A stretch of 64,000 nt of DNA, from contig CP154954.1 in assembly GCA_039621445.1 (NCBI GenBank), forward strand, positions 31,520,012 through 31,584,011, read 5' to 3'. How positions within the stretch are numbered: the stretch's first letter is position 1; every line of letters starts with the position of its first letter. The notes under the pieces are model-generated. The model was given only the letters and a program-made list of their open reading frames with translations. It did no database searches and was not told where the DNA came from. This stretch comes from Euglena gracilis (lineage: Eukaryota). The position numbers were made by a program, and so were the translations under genes. Shown piece by piece: positions 62,968-64,000 of the stretch.

Positions 62968-64000
62968 CGCCAGGTCACTTTAGTGGTTTTTTGCCCTCCC
63001 CCCCCGGGGGGGTCCGGGCCAAATACCAGTCAGTCACTCCGAAAAAACCAGTCACCCACCCCCGGGGGTGGGGGGGGGGGGGGTCAGCCAGTGCTTAAGC
63101 AATTGACTGACCCGAGGGGGACTCTCCTACCATAGCATTTTTAAGGATTTTCAGGCCAGCAACCATTCCCACTGGAAAAGGGAAGGCGCATCCTGCACCC
63201 CACCTGACCTCACTGGCAGCCCTGCCGTATTGGAAGGACGGTTTTCTAAATGTCGTTTGGTTCTTCCCTGGGGAAGGATCCCCAATCATCATGTCATTGG
63301 TCCAGTGCTCTGCAGGCTTTTGCTTAACGACCCGGGGGGAGGGGGGGGGGGGGGGTACTGGCTAGCCAATCGGCTAGACACTGGAAAAAAAATGGACTAG
63401 CTAGACCCCCCTCCCCCCGGGGGGGTCCGGTCCGGTCCGGGGGTCCCCCCAATTGGAAAAAAAATTTCCTCCAGCGCTGTGCGCCGAGGTGGAAATGAGG
63501 TTTTTAATATGTTTTTGGCTGATCTTGTTCCAAAAATTCCCAAAAATGGCCAAAAACGGGCAATTTTGGCCATTTTGGGGGGTCCGAAAAAAAATTTCCG
63601 GCGCTTTGCGCCGGTCACTGGAAAAAAAAATTCCACTAGCTAGCCCTGCTAGCAGACCCCCCCCCCGGGTCTGCTAGAAATCCCACTAGCCAAATTTAGA
63701 CTAGCTGCAGTCCAGCCCCCCCCGGGGGGGGGGGGGGGGGGGCTAGCTGCAGCCCCGCCCCCCCCTGGGGGGGGGGGGGGGTACTGCAATCCCTTAAGCA
63801 AAAGCCTGGTCTGGCCATTTGCTCACCAACAACAATAAGAGCCTTGCACAAAACCTTGCTGGCCACCTTTTTCACCTTTGGCACGTGACCGTTCAGCCAT
63901 CATCCGTCCATCCCTCCAACGTTTTGTAAGTTTGCTGTGTCTATGCGGTGCACCCAGCTGAATCTGCAAGCAAATCTGCAGCCATCACTTTGGCCAGGGA

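Overview
Eukaryotic, repeat-saturated DNA, inferred to be euglenid (Euglena-like) because it mixes GT-AG introns with nonconventional introns whose ends base-pair (N3-CAG ... CTG-N5). I can reconstruct three fragmented genes, all on the minus strand. (1) An RRM + DGSFMERF-motif + poly-Pro/coiled-coil gene (~10876 to ~230, possibly continuing off the left edge). (2) A 12-exon F-box-like/LRR gene (54998 to ~33850) in which all 11 reconstructed introns have paired ends. (3) The likely 3' part of an unknown gene (61131-59710). Main finding: exon 4 of the LRR gene (52393-52494) lies on the PLUS strand. It is intact, in phase, completes the LRR motif on both sides, and its intron-end pairing partners are on the minus strand. 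This implies inter-strand trans-splicing through nonconventional-intron pairing, a local inversion, or a misassembly. The rest is a ~19.6 kb 22-bp satellite with orientation switches, many MITE-like elements with poly-C/poly-G ends, two TA-flanked TIR elements carrying dispersed palindromes, a degenerate hAT transposon, a Gypsy integrase relic and microsatellites. All splice junctions are manual predictions without transcript data.
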